DNA of 64,000 nt from assembly GCF_006345805.1 (NCBI RefSeq), contig NC_043006.1:105710001-105774000 (forward strand), given 5' to 3'. Below, piece after piece: positions 13,382 to 25,310 of the stretch (positions within the stretch are counted from its first letter, which is position 1; each line of letters begins with the position of its first letter). Both the position numbers and the translations under genes were made by a program. Below the pieces are notes generated by a model. That model saw only the letters and a program-made list of their open reading frames with translations, searched no databases and had not been told where the DNA came from. This stretch comes from Octopus sinensis (lineage: Eukaryota).

Positions 13382-13967
13382 TAATAATAATAATGATAAT
13401 TATTATTATTATTGTTATTGAAATAATAATAATAATTATTATTGTTATTAAAATAATTATTAACAATAATAGACGAAATGAAAGTAGAATGGAAGACGCG
13501 TCGCTGAGGCACGAACTGAATAGTGAGTGATGTGTCTTCAGCATTTCGCAACAACGACGCAAAGGAGATTCAAGTTGGGGGTACTGAAGTAACAACAAGA
13601 ACAACAAGAACAGCAACGATGACGACGACGATGACACAAATAATAACAGCAACAAGCCAGACATCATCATCATCATCAAGGGTACTAATAGCAATGAAGT
13701 AATAATATCAAAAGAGAGTTCATTCAAAATGGCTGCCAGTGGTATGATTGTTCGATGTTCCTGGTGAGTGATTGTTCAATTAAGAAAAAATATGGATGAA
13801 AGAGCAAAAAACGAAGAAGAAAAAATGGCAACCTCACCTGCAAACAGAATGTGCGTAAAATTCTCGTCTTATATGCATCACCCATTATGTAAAGCAGTGG
13901 CTATGTATGTATGTATGTATGTATGTATGTATGTATGTATGTATGTATGTATGTATGTATGTATGTA

Positions 13968-14003
<36 letters not shown>

Positions 14004-14079
14004 CATGTTTGCTTATATGCACGTATGTGTGTGTGAGTATATATATATATATCTTTATTTATCGTTTATCTTTTACTAG

Positions 14080-14199
14080 TTTCAGTTATTAGACCGCGAC
14101 CACGCTGGAGTACAGCATTGAGGAATTTTAGTCGAATGAATCGACGACCTTAGTACATTTTTTGAAGCCTGCTTCTTATTCTATCGTTCTCTTTTGCCG

Positions 14200-14252
<53 letters not shown>

Positions 14253-14405
14253 CACGGCGTGTTGTTTCAGTTTCCGTTTACCTGATCTACTTACAAGACA
14301 ATGGTTGACCCGAGGCTATAGTAGAAGACACATGCTCAAGGTGCCATGCAGTGGAATTGAACCCAGAACCATGTGGTTAGGAAACAAACTTCCAGTCTCG
14401 CAGCC
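14080..14405 (-). mobile_element. SINE family B
   Basis: CCGAGGCTATAGTAGAAGACAC..GCTCAAGGTGCCA.GCAGTGGAATTGAACCCAGAACCATGTGG. Confidence 0.8.
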
Positions 14406-14453
14406 ATTTCTTTGGGATGCATTTAAAATTTTTCCTTTGCCGAATTCAAATCA

Positions 14454-15190
14454 CACACACCGAACTTTTAGAAATAGCAGCCAAAGAATTTAGCTATTTC
14501 CCCTACTATAAGAGGAGTGTCCCAGACAATGTATACTCAAAAGCAATTCACGTAGGCATAGAGGGAAAAATAACGAAAGATCACTCGATAATCGATTACT
14601 TGAGAACTAATTAATTAATTTTACCCTTATTATTATTGACAATATAATTCTCTCCCTGATATTAAACGACAGATCCTTCTGTAGGAATTTGTTGCTCTAT
14701 AACTCACGTGGGTGGACAGGGGAGGATGCGGAGCCTCATTCGTACGTTTTGAATTCGTTAGTATTGGATATCGAAGATGGTTCGTCTGAGGTTCCTCAAA
14801 TCAGATGGGTATGTTCGATTTTTAGTGCTCTCAAATTTAGATTTAACGAAATCTTGGGCTGATGACAGGAATGTTAGAATAGGGATGTATTTCTAGCATC
14901 TCTAAATCTAACTAACCCAGAAACGCGTTCTCAAGTAATCGATTTTCGAGTGATCTTTCGTTTACGTGAATTGCTTTTGAGTATACATTGTCTGGGAGAC
15001 TCTTCTTATAGTAGAGGAAATAGCTAAATTCTTTGGCTGCTATTTCTAAATGTTCGGTATGTGGTAAAGCAAATTATTTTGTTGAACCCTTATATAAAGT
15101 AATGTTTAAATTGGTCCTTTTACATACTGAACATTGCTTGGTAAAATTATTAATTACTAATTAATTAATTTTACCCTTATTATCATTGAC
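14454..15190. mobile_element. fold-back repeat element (inverted arms plus terminal direct repeat)
   Basis: 14454-14607 is inverted relative to 14927-15062; 34-bp direct repeat at 14607-14640 and 15157-15190; related copy at 48070-48220. Confidence 0.7.
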
Positions 15191-15199
15191 TATATATAT

Positions 15200-15617
15200 A
15201 TACTCTTTTTACTCTTTTACTCTTTTACTTGTTTCAGTCATTTGACTGTGGCCATGCTGGAGCACCGCCTTTAGTCGAGCAAATCGACCCCGGGACTTAT
15301 TCTTTGTAAGCCCAGTACTTATTCTATCGGTCTCTTTTGCCAAACCGCTAAGTGACGGGGACGTAAACACATCAGCATCGGTTGTCAAGCAATGCTAGGG
15401 GGACAAACACACACACACACAAACGCACATATATACATATATATACAGATATACGACAGGCTTCTTTCAGTTTCCGTCTACCAAATCCACTCACAAGGTA
15501 TTGGTTGGCCCGGGGCTATAGCAGAAGATACTTGCCCAAGATGCCACGCAGTGGGACTGAACCCAGAACCATGTGGTTGGTTAGCAAGCTACTTACCACA
15601 CAGCCACTCCTGCGCCT
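15200..15617 (-). mobile_element. SINE family B, full length
   Basis: tRNA-like head (rc of GGGACTGAACCCAGAACC...CACAGCCACTCCTGCGCC), internal CA/TA repeat, (TACTCTTT)n tail. Confidence 0.9.
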
Positions 15618-15699
15618 ATATAGATATATATATACATATATATATTTGGATATATGTTATTGTGTGCATTTATATATTCAGGGTCCTCAAATGGAGTAG

Positions 15700-15892
15700 T
15701 CCTCAAGTTTTCAGTGTTCCCCTGGTTGATTGTATCTGCAGAACCAGTATTCTCTATCCTGTTTTCTACAATCCAAGCATTTCTAAGTTTCTGTACAGAT
15801 CTGTTGATACGTATCCGAATGCATCTATAATAATTGGAGCGAATAAAAATCTAGTCTGGATATAAAAGTTGTAGGCTTCCCAGTAGTTCTCC
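15700..15892 (-). mobile_element. R4/Dong-type LINE 3' fragment (restriction-like endonuclease C-terminus)
   Basis: ELLGSLQLLYPD*IFLFAPIIIDAFGYVSTDLYRNLEMLG, paralogous to 16417-16660. Confidence 0.7.
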
Positions 15893-15925
15893 ATGTCTGT
15901 CTGTCTGTCTGTCTGTCTGTCTGCC

Positions 15926-15970
<45 letters not shown>

Positions 15971-15990
15971 GCCTGTCTGTCTGTCTGTCA

Positions 15991-16024
<34 letters not shown>

Positions 16025-16054
16025 ATGTCTGTTTATATGTATGTATGTATGTCA

Positions 16055-16665
16055 TTAAGATTTCTTGCCAATAGAAAACCGGTTTCTAACCTAGATCCAA
16101 GGCTCTCTTATTGAAATTTCAACATCGACAAAAGGGAGTTTTTGTTTGTATGTATGTATGTATGTGTGTGTGTATGTATGTATGTGTGTATGTATGTATG
16201 TATGTATGTATGTATGTATGTATGTATGTATGTATGTATGCATATGTGCAGATTTCCATGTTTTGCTTTATGTATATATTCTCATGCATATAGCTGCATA
16301 TCTAGACATGCTCATATATAAAATTATAAACTTCTTGAAAGCTTTTCAGACTTTTACAGTTCCAGTTTAGTCTTCGAATTAGCCTTCTCCTTTCTGGTTT
16401 TGAGAAGCCTAATTTCTCAAGATTGGTATTTAGGCAATGTGTTACATATCCCTATAATTACAGATATAAACCCGAACTTGTAATCTGGGTAGAGTAACTG
16501 CAGATTTCTCAATAGTTCAGCATAGGTGTACTCTTTTTCACTGATCTTCAGTTTTATATTAACATCCGCTGAGCCACTAATTTCCACAACTGTACGCAGT
16601 TTCTCTTCTATATCCCAAATCATTATATCAGGTCGGTTGTGCTTACATTTTATTGAGGTCACCAC
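16055..16665 (-). mobile_element. R4/Dong-type LINE 3' end with RLE domain and 3' UTR
   Basis: KCKHNRPDIMIWDIEEKLRTVVEISGSADVNIKLKISEKEYTYAELLRNLQLLYPDYKFGFISVIIG: RPD...VEIS PD-(D/E)xK-type endonuclease motif. Confidence 0.85.
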
Positions 16666-16699
16666 TGCATACATGTATATACGTATGTATATATGTATG

Positions 16700-17110
16700 T
16701 ATGCATGCTTATTCTTTTCGACCTTTAATTTTACAGTTAATTTTGACTGGCCAGCTACTTGGTAAGAAAATAGTGACGGGAAGCAGATTTTTATTGCACC
16801 GGATATCACGATGTTTTTGTAGCATATGGATTAAGGATTTGCGCTCTCTCCTCAAGAATCCAAGTTCTCCCATACTTTGCTCCAGGAGCGTTGGTATATA
16901 TATCCTCTTACTCCAATAATACTAGGTATGAAAGTGAAAGTTTATCTTGGGTACTGGATTTGCAAATGCTTATCAGTAGTCTATAGGTATCCTCTTCTGT
17001 ATTTTTATGATCACATTAGTGTCAATGGGGCCGCTGACTTCCACGGCACAGCTTATTTTTTTCATACGTATAAACGATAACTTGTATATTTATTCTTAAT
17101 GTGTTCAAGC
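16700..17110 (-). mobile_element. third R4/Dong-type RLE 3' fragment
   Basis: VEVSGPIDTNV..KI..EDTY..L...QYP..TFTFIPSIIG..G...LGF...ERKSLIHMLQ...ISGAIKIC across frameshifts. Confidence 0.75.
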
Positions 17111-17818
17111 ACAAATACGCCAGTAGCTGTTAAATCGTTACAGGGGAGCTTCTTCTTTTTACCACGTTCAATTCCTGACGGGCCATACAACTGAACGAAA
17201 TATATTTTGTTGGACTCACGGCTATATATTACGCTTAATAACGCTCAGACTTCTATGTTTGAATTCTTTCCCCAGCATATTGCAATGAACTTGTTATTCC
17301 TCCAAAATTATATATATATACGCACGCTTACGCGCAAATACCAATATTCGCACACATACTCATTTTAAATCAACCAATTAATAAAACAACTAATGAAATA
17401 TTAACTAGTCAATTCATGATATTAAGCACTCTGTGTGTGCATGTACCTGCATGAGGTACACACGTCTGTATGCTTGTTTGTGTATATGTGTGCATGACTG
17501 TGTGCGTGTGGTGGTGTATGTGAGTGCATAGGTATGTGTGTGTTCTTGTATGTGTATATCTTACATAGACTGGGCGAATAACTATGGAAGCCTTTTTTAG
17601 GTGACTATACAAGTACATAGATATATTGCTAGTCATCGTCGTGGTTGTCCGTCATCATCATCGTTGTCATCGTCATCATCGTCGTCATCATCATAATCAT
17701 CACCATTTTCAGAGTTTATCACATACAAACACACTGACACGCGTGCGCATATATGTAGAATGTGCGGTGCATATAAATATAACTCACACTCAACATACAT
17801 CTATGTATGTGTATATAT

Positions 17819-17869
<51 letters not shown>

Positions 17870-17930
17870 ATATAAGTATCTCATATAAATAATTATGATA
17901 CATTTATATATATGAATATATATATGTTAT

Positions 17931-17971
<41 letters not shown>

Positions 17972-18058
17972 TATATATATATATAATATATATAATATAT
18001 ATATATACATACACACAAATACACAGACACAGATAGGACACAGACACACACATATATG

Positions 18059-18093
<35 letters not shown>

Positions 18094-18185
18094 TGTATGT
18101 ATGTAGTATGTATGTATGCATGTATGTATGTATGTATGCATGCATGTATGTATGTATGTATGTATGTATGTAGGTTGTATGTATG

Positions 18186-18230
<45 letters not shown>

Positions 18231-18882
18231 GTACGTACATAAATACATACATTCATACATACATGCATACATACTATATCCATACAGACGCATAGAGAGT
18301 TATGCATGCAAAAGTTTGAAATCTGACACACCCACGATATAATTGAAAATTTGTAAAGCCGCCGGAAAATTCCTTTTCATCAGGTTTCAAGTTAGAGAAT
18401 AGCGAAACGCCGAGGGACTTTTCTCCATTTCTTGGTTACAATGAAGATGAGCAGAGCAATACAAGATTGCTTATGTCGCAAACAAAATGGCGACTACGAC
18501 AATCTTTACCACAGTTAAGTCCCAGGGAGGAATGCAATGTCGTAAATTGAATTAAATTTGGCGGTTTTCAGGGCGCAAATCATACATAAAATCATGAAAT
18601 TCGTTTTATCGTTTGAATTTTCGATCTGTTATTTTTTGTCAATATATATATTTGCATGTGTGTGTGTGTGTGTGTATGTGTGTGTGCAAGAGTATACTTA
18701 TGCATATTATATGCGTGGGTGTGTGGTTTTGCACGATGTATAGCATTAAGTGTGCGCACAAAATAATTCAAGTGTATGTACGTGTGTTTGCGCGTGTGTA
18801 TATATATGCATATACATACATGAATACACTTATACAGCTAGCTATGTATATTTGCCAACACATACCTATTACTCTTAGGTAT

Positions 18883-18914
<32 letters not shown>

Positions 18915-19041
18915 TCACACATACACATAAACGCACAGATGCTTATGTACAGGTATATAAATCTGTGTGTCTGTATACACAAAAACATATATATATATAT
19001 ACATACAGAGATACGCACATATACGCACACACATGTATATT

Positions 19042-19072
<31 letters not shown>

Positions 19073-19075
19073 GTA

Positions 19076-19123
<48 letters not shown>

Positions 19124-19535
19124 CCTATATATATATATATATATACAATGTGTGTGTGTGTATATATAGTGTCAATTGATTATCTGGGTACCAGGGCACA
19201 GTTCATGCATACAATTATCATATATTCATTTGTCTTTGCGCTCGGTTCATGCATATGTGTATGTTACGTGATTACAGACACATACACGCGCGCGCGCGCG
19301 TGGACGCAAACGCACGGAGTGACACACTCCCATATATACACCTAAATATATATATAAAAAAAGAAACCATCTATAGGTATTATTTAATTATATATATACA
19401 CCTCAAGTTAAGATTAACTAAAAATGTAATCAAAATCGCCTGTATATATATTGACAGTATGATGTACTATAATAACAGAACAGCGGAAATATCTATCTGT
19501 AAGTGTAGCCACAACAACAACAACAACAACAACAG

Positions 19536-19580
<45 letters not shown>

Positions 19581-20429
19581 GTAAAATCACCTCAACGTAA
19601 TGGAGAACAGTTTCGCGAATTTCAGTTCTCTTATACCGCATAGTTTAATAGAAATTTCTCCCCTATACCGCATGGATGTAGAGAAATGTGTTCTCTATAT
19701 AAATTTGTAAAAGGAAGCTGTGGGAGGTGGGAGAAGGAATTAATTTCCCGAGTGGAACAGGTTCTGAAACTTGTAGAATGAAATTAACGTAAAAGTTTTC
19801 AGTATCAATACCGCTTGTAGAAAACTAAGTGACAAAATTTATAGCTTTGATCGTTATTGCTTGATTGTGTGTCCGCCTTTATGTATGTATGTGTATGTAT
19901 GTATGTATGTATGTATGTATGTATGTATGTTTGTATGTATGTATGTATGTATGTATGCATGTATGTATGTATGTATGTATGTATGTATGTATGTATGTAT
20001 GTATGTATGTATGTATGTTTGAATGTATGTATGTTTGCATGTATGTGCGTATGTATGTAAGTGACTATGTATGTGTGTATTTGTGCCTCCGCCTTCCTCC
20101 TCCTCTTTCTTCTACTCCTCCTTCTTCTTCTTCTTCTTCTTCTTCTTCTCCTCCTTCTTCTCCTATATATATATATTATATATACGTATACACACACACC
20201 TATATGTAAGCGAATATGCATATATACTAATATAGAGCCAGGGTAAAGACTATAATAAAGTAAAATGAAATAATATATATATATTGTATACACACTCACA
20301 CAAGCGCACATACATATATCTATTTCTATATATGCACACGTATACACTTCTTACATTCTTACTACTTTTAGAAAGCAGAAAGTTATATGCAATATGATAA
20401 AGTTAAATATAATAAAAATACACATAATA

Positions 20430-20588
20430 GGCGCAGCAGTGGCTGTGTGGTAAATAGCTTGCTTATCAGCCACATGCTTCTGGTTCAGTCCCACTGCGTG
20501 GCACCTTGGGCAATATAATCTCGGGTCGACGAAAGCCTTGTGAGTTGATTTGGTAGACGAAAACCTAAAGAAGCCTGTTGTATCTATC

Positions 20589-20658
<70 letters not shown>

Positions 20659-20659
20659 G

Positions 20660-20719
<60 letters not shown>

Positions 20720-21113
20720 CTCTATATATATATAATATATATATATGCATATATATATATATAATATATATATATATAACATACATACATACATATATAT
20801 ATATATCTATACTAATATAGATATACATATGCATACATACAAACATCATATATATATATAGATATATATATATATATATTATATATATATATATGTATAT
20901 ATTTGGTATCTGCGTTTGTCCAAACCCATCATCGCTTGACAACCAATGTTAGCGTGTTTACATCCCCGTAACTTGCTGGTTCGGCAAAAGAGTCCGATAG
21001 AATAAGTACTAAGTTTCAAAGAATAAGTCTTGGAGTACGATTTGTTCGACTAAAGGCCGTGCTCAAGCATGGCCGCTGTCAAAATGACTGAAACAAGTAA
21101 AAGAATAAAAGAA
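20430..21113 (+). mobile_element. SINE family B with expanded internal (TCTA)n/(TA)n
   Basis: GGCGCAGCAGTGGCTGTGTGG head, GGTTCAGTCCC B-box, 3' TGACTGAAACAAGTAAAAGA. Confidence 0.85.
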
Positions 21114-21254
21114 TATAGAGACATACGAATAAAATACAATATATCCGCATATATTTATTTATACGTGGGCAACGTACACTTTTAACTGACATTCTTACTT
21201 TTCTTACTATACATATTAATTTTATTGATGTTAAATTTTAGCCCGAGCCAGAAA

Positions 21255-21365
21255 TGTCGGTGGAGGGGATAAGTCGATTACATTGACTCCTGTGCAACTG
21301 GTACCTGTTTTATCGACCCCGAAAGGACGAAAGGCTAAGGCAACCCTGCCGGAATTTGAACTGAG
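21255..21365 (-). mobile_element. SINE family A fragment
   Basis: TAAGTCGATTACATTGAC...TTTATCGACCCCGAAAGGA.GAAAGGC...GGAATTTGAACT. Confidence 0.7.
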
Positions 21366-21411
21366 ATTAATATTAAGGTAGTGTATTCTGTTTCATATAT
21401 AATATATTATA

Positions 21412-21453
<42 letters not shown>

Positions 21454-21699
21454 ATATATATTTATATATATATATATGTATATGCATAGATGAGTGTTTC
21501 CCTTGTTAACAATTACACAGAAAAAAAAATTTATTATATGTATACACATATACATATATATATATATATACATATTATACATATAGATACACATATATAT
21601 ATACGTCAATTAATCAATATAGGGTAGCAAAAAATTCAATAGAAATTATTTCGCCACCAGCGGTCTAGTGAGAAAGAGAAAATAGTCAGAGACTATATA

Positions 21700-21812
21700 T
21701 ATAAATTCAACAACAATTGAGGAACGGCCTCAATAGGCTTGAGTCCTAGCTGCTCTTTCTAGTGGGTCGAATGGCCTATTGAGGCCGTTCCTCAATTGTT
21801 GTTGAATTTATA
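21700..21812. repeat. perfect 39-bp inverted repeat with 35-nt spacer
   Basis: Arms 21700-21738 and 21774-21812 checked base by base. Confidence 0.9.
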
Positions 21813-22139
21813 CATATATATATACGTATATATACACAAACACACACACGTACACACACATGCACACACACGCACGCACACACACACACATATATATGTA
21901 TTAAGTAAAAGACACATTAAAGTGTCTACTCATTAGAAATAAGATTATCAAACCAGAATCCGGTCCACATATACACCTGTTCCATTAAATATATAGCTTT
22001 ATTCTATAGAGATATGTAAGAGACTTTTCGGTTCGCTTGCCCGTATACTGTTGACTGTTATTTTCAGTGTAAACATTTTTGTTGGTCCAAATGAGGGGTT
22101 TAATTTCTAGTGGGTAGACTTATTTGTACTTGTACTTGT

Positions 22140-22505
22140 GACGACATTCACCCTGGGCGGGTTGAGTCGGCTTCTTCTACCACCCTCAAGGCATCTCGAA
22201 CCATTGCAGTGGAAGAAGTTTCGTAGGAATATGAATTTCACAAGCGGTCCCTAACAATCCCGCATGTAGAGACATCCTGTTTGCCGCAGATTGTCCGCAG
22301 ACGATTGTCCGCAGGGGCAGAACGACCGAGGAGCCGCAGGTTGCCGAAACAGACACTCCGAGGATTTTCCCCAATACCACTCTGTGTCAGACCAATCCGC
22401 CTTGGGTGGCCCTACCAGGAACCGAAGTTCCCGACGGCATAGCTCTGACACTACCCGTTGCCAGCGTCCCCACCACGGTGAGGAGGGGATAGGCTTTTGG
22501 GACAC
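22140..22505 (-). mobile_element. RTE-clade LINE 5' UTR with HDV-like ribozyme candidate
   Basis: rc reads ..TCCTCACCGTGGTGGGGACGC..AGAGCTATGCC..CCTGGTAGGGCCACCCAAGGCGG.., the GAGCTATGCC/GGGCCACCCA motif pair I recognise from RTE 5' UTRs; GC-rich island. Confidence 0.65.
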
Positions 22506-22804
22506 AAGTGGGTAGACACTCTAATGTGTCCTTTGATTAATGTAATTTTAATTCTATAGCTATAGAATGCTATTGTTGCTGTTATAGACTATTTGCATTA
22601 CCTTCGATAATAATATCAATATTAATATCTATACAAACATTCGGTCCTGAATATATTTGCTGCTGATTAGTACTTTTGACACTGAAGCTGTCCACGATTT
22701 GGCACTAAGCAATTAATTCAACGTGGCTGATTGGGAAGTTGTTTCAAAAGGTTATGATGTGCTGAAGAAGGTAAGATCTTTGTATCAAACCAGTAACCGG
22801 TCCA

Positions 22805-22847
<43 letters not shown>

Positions 22848-23035
22848 ATATATATATATACGTTCGGCAAAATTTAGATGCAAATGAATATGGTACTTAA
22901 GTCAGACGCACCAGAATTTTGTATGGTGTTATCCATATAAATCCATGGGATGATTATAATCAAAATAAGCAACAAGAATATCTTCGGTAATTTGGTATTC
23001 TCGTTGCTTATTTTGATTATATATATATATTAATA

Positions 23036-23558
23036 TACTAGCTGATGTGCCCGGTAATTCCCGGGAAAGCGGGGCTTATCCCTTGGTTCTGTTCTCATAA
23101 TCGTTTCGCCAATCAAATAACGGCAACACAAAGTATGTAGTCCTTAAAACGGTTTTTGTGTATTTACAGAGAATACCGAGTGTCTTACTCAGGATCTTGT
23201 TTTTAGGAATTCCCAAAATACCCAAATTTTGAGGTCAGTGATGTAATAACATGAAATTAGTTAGCCGATAGTAAGAATTCAAATAAAGTAGCCCCGAAAA
23301 GGGCTTTAATGCGTTCCAAGAATATATAGAACATAGGACGAAATACTAATTAGGTATGTATGCTAAAATCGTGAAGCATGTTACGTAATAACAGGCTAAT
23401 CAGATATGAGATAATAACAATTCAAAGTAAATAACTCTAAAAAAGGAGTTTTGTGCATTCCCAGAGAATATTACCCTCAGGAGCGCTAGTGTTGGTATAT
23501 TCGTGAATAATTCACTAACCGAAAGAAGTGGATCTATTGTTTAGGAAAATATTATTTA

Positions 23559-23560
<2 letters not shown>
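23036..23560 (+). mobile_element. probable non-autonomous Helitron-type repeat
   Basis: Starts TACTAGCTGATGTGCCCGGT..CCCGGG and has diverged internal repeats; family call is inference. Confidence 0.4.
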
Positions 23561-23652
<92 letters not shown>

Positions 23653-23912
23653 ATATATATATATATCTACATAGTATTATTAAAATAATAATATGTACGA
23701 AAATTTATGTCACCAAAACCTCAAGGTAATCCAAATTAGTGAAATACTAACTGAACATTTAAAAAAAAATTTAGCTGCTAAAAAACGCTAACAAAAAGAA
23801 ACGTCAAACCAAATTTAATTTTAAACATTCATTCATTTCTTCAGACAAGAGCGACGTCATTGAATAACTAATTTAATTTATGAAAATAACATATAAAATA
23901 AAATACCACATC

Positions 23913-23948
<36 letters not shown>

Positions 23949-23950
<2 letters not shown>

Positions 23951-25216
23951 GGTTCGTTCCATACATAATGCGGATTTTTCAATTGCATGTACTAAAAGTC
24001 GGAGGGGGACGGGATAAACTTAATTTTACCTTGTGCTTATTCTTAGTGCAAGTTTTGAAGAGTGCAGTTCGATTTTAACAGTTATTTTTTCAAAGCTATA
24101 ATGGAAGAGACAAAGGAGCATGCATATTCGGCATATTTTGCTTTAGGAGTTCAATAAAAGCAACAAAACAACGGAAAGTGAGAGGAATATCAATGCAGTG
24201 TATGGGGATCGGACAAAAAGCGCAAGCTAGTGTCAACGCCGATTCCAAAAATACCGAGCCGGAAACTACAGCTGAGAAGACGAACCTCGCCTTTGAAGAT
24301 TTGTAGAACTCGACGAGGACGTCCTGCAAACCCTGGTGGGACAAAATCCCATCGTAACTGTTGAGATACTAGGAGAGAAGCTTGCATTTGGTCATTCAAC
24401 CGTTCATCAATCGACACCTGCATGCCATCGGAAAAGTCAGCAAATTTGGGTCAATGAGTTCCTCATAAACTTTCCGAGTCTAATCGCGCGCAGAGAGTGA
24501 ATGTATGCTCATCTTTGCTGTCATGTCTCACGAATAAACCATTTTAGGACCGGATAGTGGCTGGTGACGAGAAATGGGTTCTCTATAAAAATGTCAATCG
24601 CTGATGTCAGTGGGTAGGAAAGGAGAAACACCGGCAGCCCAGGCTAAAGAAAGTCTTTGCCCACGTAAAGTGTTGTTATTTGTCTGGTGGGATATGAAAG
24701 ATTTAGTCTACTTTGAACTTTTAACCTAAACCAAACGATAACAAAGGGGATCTACTGCGAGCAGCTTGAGCGGCTTAAGTTAGCACCAGAATAAAAACGA
24801 CCTTGTTTGGTTTCAAGACGAAAGTTGTTCTTACATCAGGTAAATGCTCGACCACATACAGCGAGGATGACATTCGAAAGGCTAGAGCAGTTTGAATGGG
24901 AAACGGTGCCCCACTCAACAAATTCGCCGGGCATTGCCCCATCTGATTATAATTTATTTCGCAGTCTTCAAAATTATTCGGACGCAACAATATGGATTCT
25001 GTAGACGAGGTCAGAACAATACTGGAAGAGTATTTTTCGCCAGGGATAAGTGAATTTTGGAAGAGGAGTTTTCCAAGTCTACCAGATAGATGGAAGAGCA
25101 TTGTAGAAAATGAAGGGGAATATGTTTTAGATTAAAAGTAACCTTATCTTAATTTTGAAAAATAAAAGGCGTTATTTATAGGATGATCCATAGAAAATGG
25201 CATTATTTATGGGATG

Positions 25217-25220
<4 letters not shown>
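23949..25220 (+). mobile_element. mariner transposon, near full length, decayed
   Basis: MEETKE..IRHILL.EFNK N-terminus, W(V)PH, GDEKWVLY, WWD, HQVNARPHTA, SPGIAPSDYNLFRSL; degenerate TIRs GGTTCGTTCCATACATAATGC / rc GGATCATCCCATAAATAATGC; stops and frameshifts. Confidence 0.9.
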
Positions 25221-25310
<90 letters not shown>

